A DNA stretch of 64,000 nucleotides from an uncultured Mycoplasma sp. (GTDB taxonomy: Bacteria > Bacillota_I > Bacilli_A > RF39 > UBA660). Below the pieces are notes generated by a model. The model searched no databases. It saw only the letters and a list, made by a program, of their open reading frames with translations, and was not told where the DNA came from. This document shows, in pieces, positions 27,021 to 38,758 of this stretch. Location of the stretch: contig CAYXZZ010000001.1 in NCBI GenBank assembly GCA_964470055.1, positions 6,291 to 70,290 of the forward strand, in the 5' to 3' direction. The first letter of the stretch is position 1. The number at the start of each line of letters is the position of its first letter. A program made the position numbers and the translations under genes.

Positions 27021-28271
27021 GTGAAGGTTATGACACAAACAACGATACTAGAAAAATTGAAAATAATTTTTGAAGTTTCTGCTTCATCAAAATTATTTAT
27101 AGCCGTTATTGCATTCATCCTTTTACTAGCAATAGTTGCCTTAACAACAAACAAGAAAAATGCCAGTAGAGGAAAGAAACTATACGGTTTAGTATATGCT
27201 GCAATTTCAATAGCAATCATCATTTTTTATCATGAATCTTTAGGTCAAATGTTTGATTACATGATGAATAATTTTTTCATAGTCTTATATTTCCCAAATG
27301 TAGCAGTCTATTTAGCCGCTATCATAATCACAAATATAATTCTTTGGATAAGTGTTTTTAACCTAAAAACACCTAAATTAGTTAGAAATATAAACATTAT
27401 TATTTATGCTATAATTCATTATCTCCTTGCCTTAGTATTAAATATCATCACTAAAAATAATCTTGATATTTTTTCCCAAACATCAGTGTATGGAAATCAA
27501 GAGGCACAAGCAATAATTGAATTTTCAAGTTCCATTTTTATGGTGTGGTTAGTTTTCTTACTATGTTATAAAATGTTAAAAAAATACTTAGTAAAAGAAC
27601 CTGTTCCAGTAAGAAAAAAAGTAGTTGTAAAAAAAGTTAGAGCACTACCAGAAAATATTACTGAAGTACCAATACCGTTGTTTGTTAAAGGACAACCTAA
27701 AAAAGTAGAAGAATCAAAAACATTAGAGGAATCTCCCGTCCTATTAACTCAACTTACACCAGAAGAACTACTAGAAAAACAAAAATTAGAAAAACAATTA
27801 ACCGACACACAGGAAAAATTAAATATAGCATTATCTCAGTTGAAAATTCAAGAAGAAACAATTAAAATTCAAGATGAGCAAAAAATTAAACTTGCCCAAG
27901 AACAATCTAAGTTAGAAGAAGAACAAATTAAATTACAATATGAACAAACTCTTCTTCAACAACAAGCAACAAAATTACAACAAGAAAAATCAACATTACA
28001 GTCTGAAACTTTAAAATTACAAGAAGAAAATAAAAAATTACAAACTGCCAAAAAAGAAGAGTCTAATACTCAACAACCAAAAGTTGATGCTACAACAGCA
28101 ATCATGCAAAATCTTGATGGTATGTTAACATTAGAAGACTACAAAGTTTTAGCAACAATTCTTAAAGAAAAACAGAAAAAGAAAAATATAGAAGAAGCAA
28201 AAGAAGAAATTAGAAGACAAGAACAAATGAAATTTGCTCAACTACATGAAGCTTATAAAAGTGTAAGATAA
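27021..28271 (+). CDS. Polytopic membrane protein with a C-terminal Q/K/E-rich coiled coil, hypothetical
   Basis: ~6 TM, then ~170 aa of heptad-like 'KLQ.EQ' repeats. Confidence 0.4.
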   Translation: MKVMTQTTILEKLKIIFEVSASSKLFIAVIAFILLLAIVALTTNKKNASRGKKLYGLVYAAISIAIIIFYHESLGQMFDYMMNNFFIVLYFPNVAVYLAAIIITNIILWISVFNLKTPKLVRNINIIIYAIIHYLLALVLNIITKNNLDIFSQTSVYGNQEAQAIIEFSSSIFMVWLVFLLCYKMLKKYLVKEPVPVRKKVVVKKVRALPENITEVPIPLFVKGQPKKVEESKTLEESPVLLTQLTPEELLEKQKLEKQLTDTQEKLNIALSQLKIQEETIKIQDEQKIKLAQEQSKLEEEQIKLQYEQTLLQQQATKLQQEKSTLQSETLKLQEENKKLQTAKKEESNTQQPKVDATTAIMQNLDGMLTLEDYKVLATILKEKQKKKNIEEAKEEIRRQEQMKFAQLHEAYKSVR

Positions 28272-28352
28272 TCTTGCGCTTTTTTCTTTTTCTTCATATT
28301 TGCGTATCCTTCTAAAGTAAGATATAATGATATTAGGAAGTAGGTAGAAAAC

Positions 28353-30449
28353 ATGGATTTAGAAAACTTAAATGACAGACAAAAAGAAGCAGTACTATAT
28401 AATGACGGTCCACTTCTTATTATCGCAGGAGCAGGGGCAGGTAAGACTAAAACACTTACAACTAAAATTGCCTATCTAATTGAAAAAGAAAATGTTCATC
28501 CTTATAATATTTTAGCCATTACCTTTACTAATAAAGCCGCTAAAGAAATGAAGGATAGATTATATATGTTAATAGGAGAACTTGCTAAAAAATTACAAGT
28601 CTCAACTTTCCACAGTTTTGGATTAAAACTCCTAAGAGAAAATTATGAAGCCTTAGGCTATGATAAAAACTTTGTAATTATGGATAGTGATGATTCCTTA
28701 ACCGTAGTTAAAAAGATAATTAAAGATATGGGCTATGATCCGAAAATATATAATCCTCGAGCAATTCGTAACAAAATAAGTAGTTTTAAAAATGAAATGA
28801 TGTCACCAGAGAGTTATGAAAAATATGCTGTAAGTGACTATGAAAAAGTAATCCAACAAGTATATGCTAAATATGAAGTTAAACTTCAAAGAAATAACTC
28901 AGTAGACTTTGATGACTTGTTACTTTTGCCAATCGAACTATTTAAAAAACGCCCAGAAACATTAGAAAAGTATCAAGATTTATACCAATATTTACTAATT
29001 GATGAGTATCAAGATACTAACGATGCCCAGTATATTTTAACTAAACTATTATGTGCAAAAAATCGAAAAATAACTTGTGTAGGAGATGATTCTCAAAGTA
29101 TTTATAGTTTCCGTGGTGCCAACTACAAAAATATCTTAAACTTTGAAAAAGATTACAAAGATGCTAAAACCATCCTCCTAGAACAGAATTATCGATCAAC
29201 TAGTACAATTCTAGATGCAGCAAATCAAGTAATTAAAAACAATAAAATGCGTAAAGATAAAAATCTTTGGACTGCTCGTGGCGTAGGAGACAAAATCAAA
29301 TATTATCGAGCATATAATGAAAGAGACGAAGCCCAGTATGTCATCAGAAAAATAAAGGAGTTAACTGTACGTGGAGTTGAATATAAAGATATGGCTGTTC
29401 TCTATAGAACTAATGCCCAGTCTCGTGTCTTAGAAGAAGAGATGTTAAAAGAAAATGTTCCATATCGCGTTATCGGAAGTTTTTATTTCTATTCTAGAAA
29501 AGAAATAAAAGATTTAATTGCTTATTTAAGATTAATACATAATTCTAAAGATAACATAAGCCTACTAAGAGTTATTAACACCCCAAAAAGAGGTATTGGC
29601 TTAAAAACAATTGAAACACTTCAAGAAAAAGCCGATCTTGCTGGTACAAGTATCTATGACGCTATTACCTCAGGAAAAGAATTAGACTTTAAAAATACCA
29701 TTGAAAAATTAAAGTCCATATCTGAAGAACTAACTCTTACAGAGTTAATTGATAAAGTTTTAGATGCCTCAGGCCTAAGGGCAGACCTAGAAAGTGAAAA
29801 GTCCCTTGAAGCAGAAGTCCGTCTTGAAAACTTAGAAGAATTCAAGTCAATTACTAAATCCTTTGAAGAAAGAGAAGGACTAATATCCTTAGAAGATTTC
29901 TTACTTGAAATAAGTTTAATAAGTGATGTAGAAGAATATAAAGATGATCCAAATAGAGTCAGTTTAATGACCGTTCACTCAGTTAAGGGACTTGAATTTA
30001 ATCATGTCTTTGTTGTAGGAATGGAAGAAGGAATATTCCCACATATGAATTCACTTATGGAAAACTCCGAATTAGAAGAAGAACGACGTCTTTGTTATGT
30101 AGCAATAACTCGTGCTAAAGATGACTTACATCTAGTAAATGCAAGACGAAGAACCTTATTTGGAAAAGAACAGATTAATCCAGTAAGTAGATTTATGGGA
30201 GAGATTAATAAAGATTTAATTGAATCTAATGCGAAAGAAGAACTTCCACAAAAAGAAGAAAAACTTGAAGTAGGAGAAATGTTTAGAGAAGAAGAAATTG
30301 ACTATGAAGTTGGTGACTATGTTTACCATGAGTCATTTGGTACTGGACGTGTATTAGAAGTTACAAACACCCTAGTAAGTGTTGCATTTAAGCATCCTCA
30401 TGGAGTTAAAAAACTAATGAAAAATCATAAAAAACTATCTAAAGTATAG
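28353..30449 (+). CDS. pcrA: ATP-dependent DNA helicase PcrA/UvrD
   Basis: 'IIAGAGAGKTKTL' Walker A, 'LLIDEYQDTN' (DExx), 'YRSTSTIL' and 'VTRAKDDLHL' are UvrD-family helicase motifs. Confidence 0.9.
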   Translation: MDLENLNDRQKEAVLYNDGPLLIIAGAGAGKTKTLTTKIAYLIEKENVHPYNILAITFTNKAAKEMKDRLYMLIGELAKKLQVSTFHSFGLKLLRENYEALGYDKNFVIMDSDDSLTVVKKIIKDMGYDPKIYNPRAIRNKISSFKNEMMSPESYEKYAVSDYEKVIQQVYAKYEVKLQRNNSVDFDDLLLLPIELFKKRPETLEKYQDLYQYLLIDEYQDTNDAQYILTKLLCAKNRKITCVGDDSQSIYSFRGANYKNILNFEKDYKDAKTILLEQNYRSTSTILDAANQVIKNNKMRKDKNLWTARGVGDKIKYYRAYNERDEAQYVIRKIKELTVRGVEYKDMAVLYRTNAQSRVLEEEMLKENVPYRVIGSFYFYSRKEIKDLIAYLRLIHNSKDNISLLRVINTPKRGIGLKTIETLQEKADLAGTSIYDAITSGKELDFKNTIEKLKSISEELTLTELIDKVLDASGLRADLESEKSLEAEVRLENLEEFKSITKSFEEREGLISLEDFLLEISLISDVEEYKDDPNRVSLMTVHSVKGLEFNHVFVVGMEEGIFPHMNSLMENSELEEERRLCYVAITRAKDDLHLVNARRRTLFGKEQINPVSRFMGEINKDLIESNAKEELPQKEEKLEVGEMFREEEIDYEVGDYVYHESFGTGRVLEVTNTLVSVAFKHPHGVKKLMKNHKKLSKV

Positions 30450-30876
30450 GAGAATTAAATGCTAGGATTTTCAAATCAAATTCTAAAAAGAGGTTATACA
30501 ATCTATATTAGTAAAAATCCTAGACAACATAGTTTACAAGGGCCTATTTAAAATCATTTTATGATGGTATTCATCCACATGAATTGCCTAACCAAGAATT
30601 AAAAAGTATAATTCATCTACTATATTATGGAAGAATTAGAACAAGGTGGGCTTCTTCAAGTGTTTCAATCTGGTTATACTATAACAGGAATACTTGGACA
30701 ACAGAAAACAGAAAGTCCATATTGTGAAAACAAATATTTAGAAGTACATGGTCAAAAACAAAGTCTTGATTACCATGAAATGCTAGTCGATTTGGAAGTA
30801 GAACTAGCATCACCAAAAAGAAATAAATCAGAAAGTGTGATTCAATATATAAAACTATATGAAGGAGTTGATAGAT

Positions 30877-31776
30877 ATGAATAAAGATATCACATTATTA
30901 GTATTAGCGGCAGGAATGGGTAGCCGTTTCGGAGGCTTAAAACAAATTGAACCAGTTGGCCCATCAGGAGAATTCATGATTGACTATTCAGTATACGATG
31001 CAATAAAAGCCGGATTTACAAAAATAGTCTTCTTAATTAAAGAGGAAAATTATGAAGTATTTAAAGAAACAATTGGAGCAAGAGTAGAACCACATATCAA
31101 AGTAGAATATGCATTCCAAAAAAATGACAATCTTCCAACCGGTTATGATATTCCAAAAGATAGAACTAAACCATTTGGAACTGGTCATGCTGTATATTGT
31201 GCAAAAGATAATATTCATGAAAAGTTTGCCATTATCTCAGCAGATGATTTCTTTGGAGCCGAATCATTCCAACTAGCAGCAAATTTTGCTAAAGAAAGTG
31301 ATGACTTCTGTGTAATTGGTTATAAAATAGGAGGAACATTATCAGATAAAGGAGCAGTTAAGCGCGGAGTTTGTATGGAAAAAGATGGCTATTTAACAGA
31401 TGTCATTGAAAGTAAAGCAGAGCGTATAGGTGATGTTGTAAAATGTGAACCATTAAATGGTAATGCATCATATGAAATCGGTTTAGATCATCCCGTATCA
31501 ATGCTAATGTTTGGTTTAACACCTGCTATATTTGATGAGATAGAACTTCAAATGAATGAATTCTTTGCCAGCAATAAAGACGATTTATCAACATGTGAGT
31601 TCTTATTACCAGATGTTCTAGATAGAATGATTAAAGAAGAAAAAGTTAAAATTAAAGTCTTACCAACATCTGCTAAATGGTTTGGTGCAACATATCGTGA
31701 AGATTTAGATAACATAAAAAATTCAATTAAAGAATTAGTGGCCGAAGGTGTATACAAAGAGGATTTATGGAGTTAA
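30877..31776 (+). CDS. Sugar-phosphate nucleotidyltransferase (NTP_transferase family)
   Basis: 'LVLAAGMGSRFGG' and 'KPFGTGHAVYCA' are signatures. The start is taken at the ATG at 30877 (GAAGGAG SD) rather than the ORF-track 30859. Confidence 0.55.
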   Translation: MNKDITLLVLAAGMGSRFGGLKQIEPVGPSGEFMIDYSVYDAIKAGFTKIVFLIKEENYEVFKETIGARVEPHIKVEYAFQKNDNLPTGYDIPKDRTKPFGTGHAVYCAKDNIHEKFAIISADDFFGAESFQLAANFAKESDDFCVIGYKIGGTLSDKGAVKRGVCMEKDGYLTDVIESKAERIGDVVKCEPLNGNASYEIGLDHPVSMLMFGLTPAIFDEIELQMNEFFASNKDDLSTCEFLLPDVLDRMIKEEKVKIKVLPTSAKWFGATYREDLDNIKNSIKELVAEGVYKEDLWS

Positions 31777-32038
31777 ATCTTCTTTTCTTTATATAGAAAA
31801 TTACGACTTGTACAAAAAAATAAATATTTTTTATTAAGAAAACTATAGTAATTTTTATCAAAAATATCTAGAGTCAAAAAATCACCGTTATCAAAATAAA
31901 AAAACTGTCGAAATTCAGACCTATATAGAATAAAAAACTTTATTAGAAAAATAAGAACGTTGAAAGACAACAACCAATACGGTTAAAAATATAAATTTTT
32001 ATTCTTTTGTACTGAGGAAAATGTTATACTAATAATAG

Positions 32039-34030
<1,992 letters not shown>

Positions 34031-34089
34031 GACTTACTTTACATACAATAATCTAAAATGCTATAATATGCATAAGTTGAGGTGAGAAC

Positions 34090-34914
34090 ATGAAAAATAA
34101 AACTAAAAAGATAAACCGAATCAAAGCCGAAGAATATGATGAAAATGCAGAAGTAGATGTTGAAATAGATATTGAAGATGACTACTATGAAGATGATACC
34201 CTAAATGCAGATGAAAATAACATTTCTTCAACAAATGAATTTTCAAATACTGAAGAAGACTCTGAGGAAAAAGAAGAATACGAAGACGCAAAAAAAACTT
34301 TTAGACGAGCAAATTCTGACAAGACAATGAAAATATTTAATATTATCTTTATTGTTTTAATGATTCTAATGATCTTAATCAGTATTGATGTCGTTTGCGT
34401 TTCTAAATATAATAAGGGTCCATTTTTTGCTATCAAAACCGCAACATATGATGATGGAGGAACAAAGGTATATTATGGACTAGGCTATAAAGTAATAAAA
34501 TACAATGTAACAGACGGAAGAAAAGACACAAAACTAGGATTTTGGAATATGCCATATACTATTACACCAACTGAAATTGAAGACATAGATCTTGCTATTG
34601 AGTTTCAAAACGATCCTGAAAAAACAGCCAATAAATACTACAAACAATATTTAAAAATAGAATCCGAAATTAAAGAAGTAAATACAGATGAAAATAAATT
34701 AGTTCTTCAATATGTTGATCCAGATGGTAAATATACTTTAGAAATTGATTGCTCAATGACCAAAGAAAAAGAGGATTTGATAAATTACACAGAACAACAA
34801 AAACTTCTTGTTCGTGGTACCGTTTATAAATTCACCTTAAAAAATGACGATCGAGCAAATACAATTTATTTATCAGATTGCTATACAGAAGAAGTTATAG
34901 AAGACTCTGAATAA
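34090..34914 (+). CDS. Hypothetical protein with an acidic N-terminus, one TM and an extracytoplasmic domain
   Basis: 274 aa. It sits where yerH is found downstream of ligA in Bacillus. No motif recognised. Confidence 0.35.
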   Translation: MKNKTKKINRIKAEEYDENAEVDVEIDIEDDYYEDDTLNADENNISSTNEFSNTEEDSEEKEEYEDAKKTFRRANSDKTMKIFNIIFIVLMILMILISIDVVCVSKYNKGPFFAIKTATYDDGGTKVYYGLGYKVIKYNVTDGRKDTKLGFWNMPYTITPTEIEDIDLAIEFQNDPEKTANKYYKQYLKIESEIKEVNTDENKLVLQYVDPDGKYTLEIDCSMTKEKEDLINYTEQQKLLVRGTVYKFTLKNDDRANTIYLSDCYTEEVIEDSE

Positions 34915-35058
34915 AATAATGACTAAACACACTTCAAAAAAGTGTGTTTTTGTTTATAAGAAGTTCTTTTTGTATAATTATTAAAAACTGTAATTTAGTT
35001 TAATTTACAACCCCAAATTTACGTGATATAATAAGTAAAGTTAAAGGAGGAATCCGCC

Positions 35059-35361
35059 ATGGATGACAAATTATCAAAAGAAGAAGTATTACACGTTGCC
35101 GAACTTGCACGTATCAAAATTAGTGAAGAAGAAATTGAAATGTATCAAAGACAATTAAAACAAATTATAGATAGTGTTGATAAAATAAAAGACGTAGAAG
35201 ACTATGACGATGAAATGCTAATTGCTAACTGGAGTTCTAATGCCACATTACGTGAAGATATTGCAGGAGAAATGCTAAATCCTAAAGAAATAGTAGCAAT
35301 ATCCCCTCGTCACAGCGGTAACTACATCGAAGTGCCAGTTGTAATAGGAGAGGAGGCTTAA
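35059..35361 (+). CDS. gatC: Asp-tRNA(Asn)/Glu-tRNA(Gln) amidotransferase subunit C
   Basis: ~100 aa, 'VAELARI.ISEEE' GatC start, directly upstream of gatA. Confidence 0.85.
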   Translation: MDDKLSKEEVLHVAELARIKISEEEIEMYQRQLKQIIDSVDKIKDVEDYDDEMLIANWSSNATLREDIAGEMLNPKEIVAISPRHSGNYIEVPVVIGEEA

Positions 35362-35362
35362 T

Positions 35363-36811
35363 ATGAAATATCTAAATAAAAGTGTTTTAGAATTACACAA
35401 GTTACTAAAAGAAAAAAAGATTAAGCCTATTGACTTAGTAGAAGAAGCCTTTGAAAATATTGAAAATAATAAAGAATTAAATGCTTATATAACTTTAAAT
35501 AAAGAAGAGGCTCTAAAACAGGCTAAAGAACTAGAAAATAAAGAAGTAGATAATATCTTATTTGGTATGCCAATAGCTATAAAAGATAACATTATTACTA
35601 AAGGTTTATTAACAACCTGTGCATCTCATATGTTAGATAACTTCACACCAATATATGATGCAACTGTTATTGAAAAGATTAAAGCCAAGAATATGATTAT
35701 TATTGGTAAAACTAATATGGATGAGTTTGCTATGGGATCAACTAGTAGAACAAGTTACTTTGGTGCACCTCTAAACCCTTGGAATAAAACAAAAATATCT
35801 GGAGGTTCTTCTGGTGGTTCTGCGGTAACCATTTCTGCACGTGATTTACCATTTGCTTTAGGTTCAGACACAGGTGGTTCAATTAGACAACCATCAAGTT
35901 ATTGTGGAATAGTAGGAATGAAACCGACCTATGGTAGAGTATCAAGATTTGGACTAGTTGCATTTGCTTCAAGCATGGATCAAATTGGTCCAATGACTAA
36001 AAATGTTTATGAAAATGCTTTACTATTAAATGCTATTGTTGGCCATGATGATAAAGACTTAACATCAGCAAATAAAGAAGATGAAGATTTTACAAGATTA
36101 ATTGGTGAAAACATAAAAGGAATGAAAATTGCTATTCCAACATACTTTATGAGTGATATTGTAGCAGAAGAAGTAAAAACAAAAATCAAAGATACCATTA
36201 CATTATTAGAAAATGCTGGAGCAACAGTTGATTATGTTGATATAAAATATTTAGAACATGCAGTAACACTATACCAAGTAATTGCTTTAGGAGAGGCAAG
36301 TTCAAACTTAGCCCGTTTCGATGGAATAAGATATGGACATTCTAAAGAAAATACTGAAAACATTCTTGATTTATATTATGGAACTAGACAAGAAGGATTC
36401 GGTACAGAAGTTAAACGTCGTATTATGGTTGGTTCATACATCCTAAGTGGAGAAAATGCAAAAATCTATTACAACAAAGCCATGTCAATTAGAGATGATA
36501 TGAGAAAAGAATTTAAAAAAGTCTTTGCCAATTATGATTTAGTTATTGGCCCAACTGCCACAACTACTGCTTATAATCAAACAGACTCACTTGATGATCC
36601 ATTAAAAAGTTTCTTAGACGATGTTTTAGTTAATCCAGTAAATATGGCAGGTCTTCCAGGAATGAACGTTCCAGTAGGATTTGACAAAGAACACCTACCA
36701 ATTGGAATGCATATTATTGGTGATGATTTCTGCGAATCAAAAATGTACAAACTCGCAAGTTTTATTGAAAAAGAGCTTAATTTAGATTTAACACCAGGAG
36801 GTGAAAAGTAA
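35363..36811 (+). CDS. gatA: Glu/Asp-tRNA amidotransferase subunit A (amidase)
   Basis: Amidase signature 'GGSSGGSAVTISA...GSDTGGSIRQP'. 482 aa. Confidence 0.9.
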   Translation: MKYLNKSVLELHKLLKEKKIKPIDLVEEAFENIENNKELNAYITLNKEEALKQAKELENKEVDNILFGMPIAIKDNIITKGLLTTCASHMLDNFTPIYDATVIEKIKAKNMIIIGKTNMDEFAMGSTSRTSYFGAPLNPWNKTKISGGSSGGSAVTISARDLPFALGSDTGGSIRQPSSYCGIVGMKPTYGRVSRFGLVAFASSMDQIGPMTKNVYENALLLNAIVGHDDKDLTSANKEDEDFTRLIGENIKGMKIAIPTYFMSDIVAEEVKTKIKDTITLLENAGATVDYVDIKYLEHAVTLYQVIALGEASSNLARFDGIRYGHSKENTENILDLYYGTRQEGFGTEVKRRIMVGSYILSGENAKIYYNKAMSIRDDMRKEFKKVFANYDLVIGPTATTTAYNQTDSLDDPLKSFLDDVLVNPVNMAGLPGMNVPVGFDKEHLPIGMHIIGDDFCESKMYKLASFIEKELNLDLTPGGEK

Positions 36812-38232
36812 TGTCAAATTATATTCCAACAATCGGAATTGAGGTTCATGTTGAGTTAAAAACCAAAACAAAGATTTTTTCTAATTCCGTTAACGGTTAT
36901 GGAGAAATGGCAAATTCACTAACTAATGTTATTGACCTAGGCTACCCAGGAACATTACCAACTTTAAATAAAGAAGTAGTTAATTTAGCAATTAAAGCCG
37001 CAACCGTTTTGAACTGTAAAATAAGAAGAGAAATGCACTTTGATAGAAAAAATTATTTCTATCCAGACAATCCAAAAAATTTCCAAATTACTCAAAATAG
37101 AACACCTATTGGTTATGATGGATATGTTGAAATTGAAGTGGCCGGACAAAAGAAAAAAATAGAAATATTAGAAATGCACATTGAAGAAGATACCTGCAAA
37201 TCAACGCATAGAGGTACAAAAACACTTCTAGATTTTAATAGAGCCGGAGTTCCTCTAATTGAAATTGTCACAAAACCATGCATTTCAAGTAGCGAAGAAG
37301 CCAAAGCATACCTAGAAAAATTACGACAATTATTATTTTATTGTGATATTTCTGACTGTAAAATGGAAGAAGGATCAATGCGAGCAGATGCAAATGTTTC
37401 CATCAGAAAGAATGTCTCTGATCCATTTGGTACCAAAGCCGAAATTAAAAATATTGGTTCAATATCAAATGTTGGCTTAAGTATTGAAAAAGAAATTGCC
37501 CGTCAAGCAAAAATTTATGACGCTGGGGAAACTTTCCAAGAACAAACAAGACGTTATGATGATAAATTAGGTGATACAGTTTTAATGCGTGTTAAAGAAA
37601 CAGGCAATGATTACCGTTATTTCCCAGAACCAGATATTCCATTTCTTTATGTAACCGATGAAATGATTGAAAACGTAAAAAAGACAATTCCAATGCTTCC
37701 AGATGAACGTAAAGAAGTATATCTATCTAAAGGAGTATCTGAAATTAATGCAGTTAAGTTAATTCAAAACAGAGCCCTAAGTGATTACTTTAATGATTTA
37801 CTATCAGAAGATACTAATTTCAAAATTGCTAGTAATTTACTTTTAGGCGATATTGCAGCCTACTTAAATAGAGAAGAAAAAACAATTATGGATACAACTC
37901 TTACTAAAGAGCGTTTTCTAGATTTAATTAAACAAATGGAAAACAATACTTTAACAAGTAAAAATCTAAAAGATATTTTAGATAAAGTCCTAGAAGAGAC
38001 AACAAGTATCACTGACATAATTAAAAACTTAGGCATCGAAAATATTACTGATGATTCTGCTATTAGAGAAGTAGTAAGAAAAGTGATTGATGCAAATCAA
38101 GAATCAGTAGACGATTACAAAGCAGGTCATGATCGAGCAATTAAATTCTTAATGGGACAAGTTATGAAAGAATCTAAAGGATCTGCTAATCCAAAAATGG
38201 CTATGGATATTCTGCTTGAAGAATTAAACTAA
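36811..38232 (+). CDS. gatB: Glu/Asp-tRNA amidotransferase subunit B
   Basis: 'IGIEVHVEL.TKTK', 'LPGTLP' and a C-terminal YqeY-like domain. 473 aa. Confidence 0.9.
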   Translation: MSNYIPTIGIEVHVELKTKTKIFSNSVNGYGEMANSLTNVIDLGYPGTLPTLNKEVVNLAIKAATVLNCKIRREMHFDRKNYFYPDNPKNFQITQNRTPIGYDGYVEIEVAGQKKKIEILEMHIEEDTCKSTHRGTKTLLDFNRAGVPLIEIVTKPCISSSEEAKAYLEKLRQLLFYCDISDCKMEEGSMRADANVSIRKNVSDPFGTKAEIKNIGSISNVGLSIEKEIARQAKIYDAGETFQEQTRRYDDKLGDTVLMRVKETGNDYRYFPEPDIPFLYVTDEMIENVKKTIPMLPDERKEVYLSKGVSEINAVKLIQNRALSDYFNDLLSEDTNFKIASNLLLGDIAAYLNREEKTIMDTTLTKERFLDLIKQMENNTLTSKNLKDILDKVLEETTSITDIIKNLGIENITDDSAIREVVRKVIDANQESVDDYKAGHDRAIKFLMGQVMKESKGSANPKMAMDILLEELN

Positions 38233-38303
38233 ATTTACAAAGAAAGTGTAAATTGAAAAAGCCTATTACATAGTGTATAATTATAATACTAGGATGTGAT
38301 AAA

Positions 38304-38747
38304 ATGAATTTTTTAAAGAGAAATAAAAATATAATTATAGTACTTATAGTATTCTTTGTTGCACTACTATTATGTATTCAATTAAAAAACATCTTGATTC
38401 CAAATGAAGGTGCAGCTGTTTATGGCAATCGACTAGATGGAAAAGTAGAAGTAACAAAGAATGTTGATGATAAAATTAAAGAATCTTTGACTGACGGAGC
38501 AGCAGAAGTTAAAGTTAGAACTTCAGGTAGAATTATAAATATAACTATCACAGTATATGATGAAGTTTCAAAAGATACTGCTAAAACGTATGCGACTACT
38601 GCTCTAGAGACATTTACAACAGAAGAAAAAGGCTTCTACGATTTTCAATTTTATCTACTAAAAGATAATGAAGAAGCAACAGATTTTCCAATTATGGGTT
38701 ATAAAATTCAAAACTCAGATAAAATATCATGGACAAAAGATAGATAA
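38304..38747 (+). CDS. Small membrane-anchored hypothetical protein
   Basis: N-terminal TM/signal anchor, 147 aa. Confidence 0.4.
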   Translation: MNFLKRNKNIIIVLIVFFVALLLCIQLKNILIPNEGAAVYGNRLDGKVEVTKNVDDKIKESLTDGAAEVKVRTSGRIINITITVYDEVSKDTAKTYATTALETFTTEEKGFYDFQFYLLKDNEEATDFPIMGYKIQNSDKISWTKDR

Positions 38748-38758
38748 GAGGTAGAATA

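Noticed and set aside
30627-30884. 85-aa ORF between pcrA and the nucleotidyltransferase gene
   Set aside because: It has no Shine-Dalgarno and overlaps the better-supported start (30877) of the downstream gene. It is recorded as a finding about the region, not as a gene.
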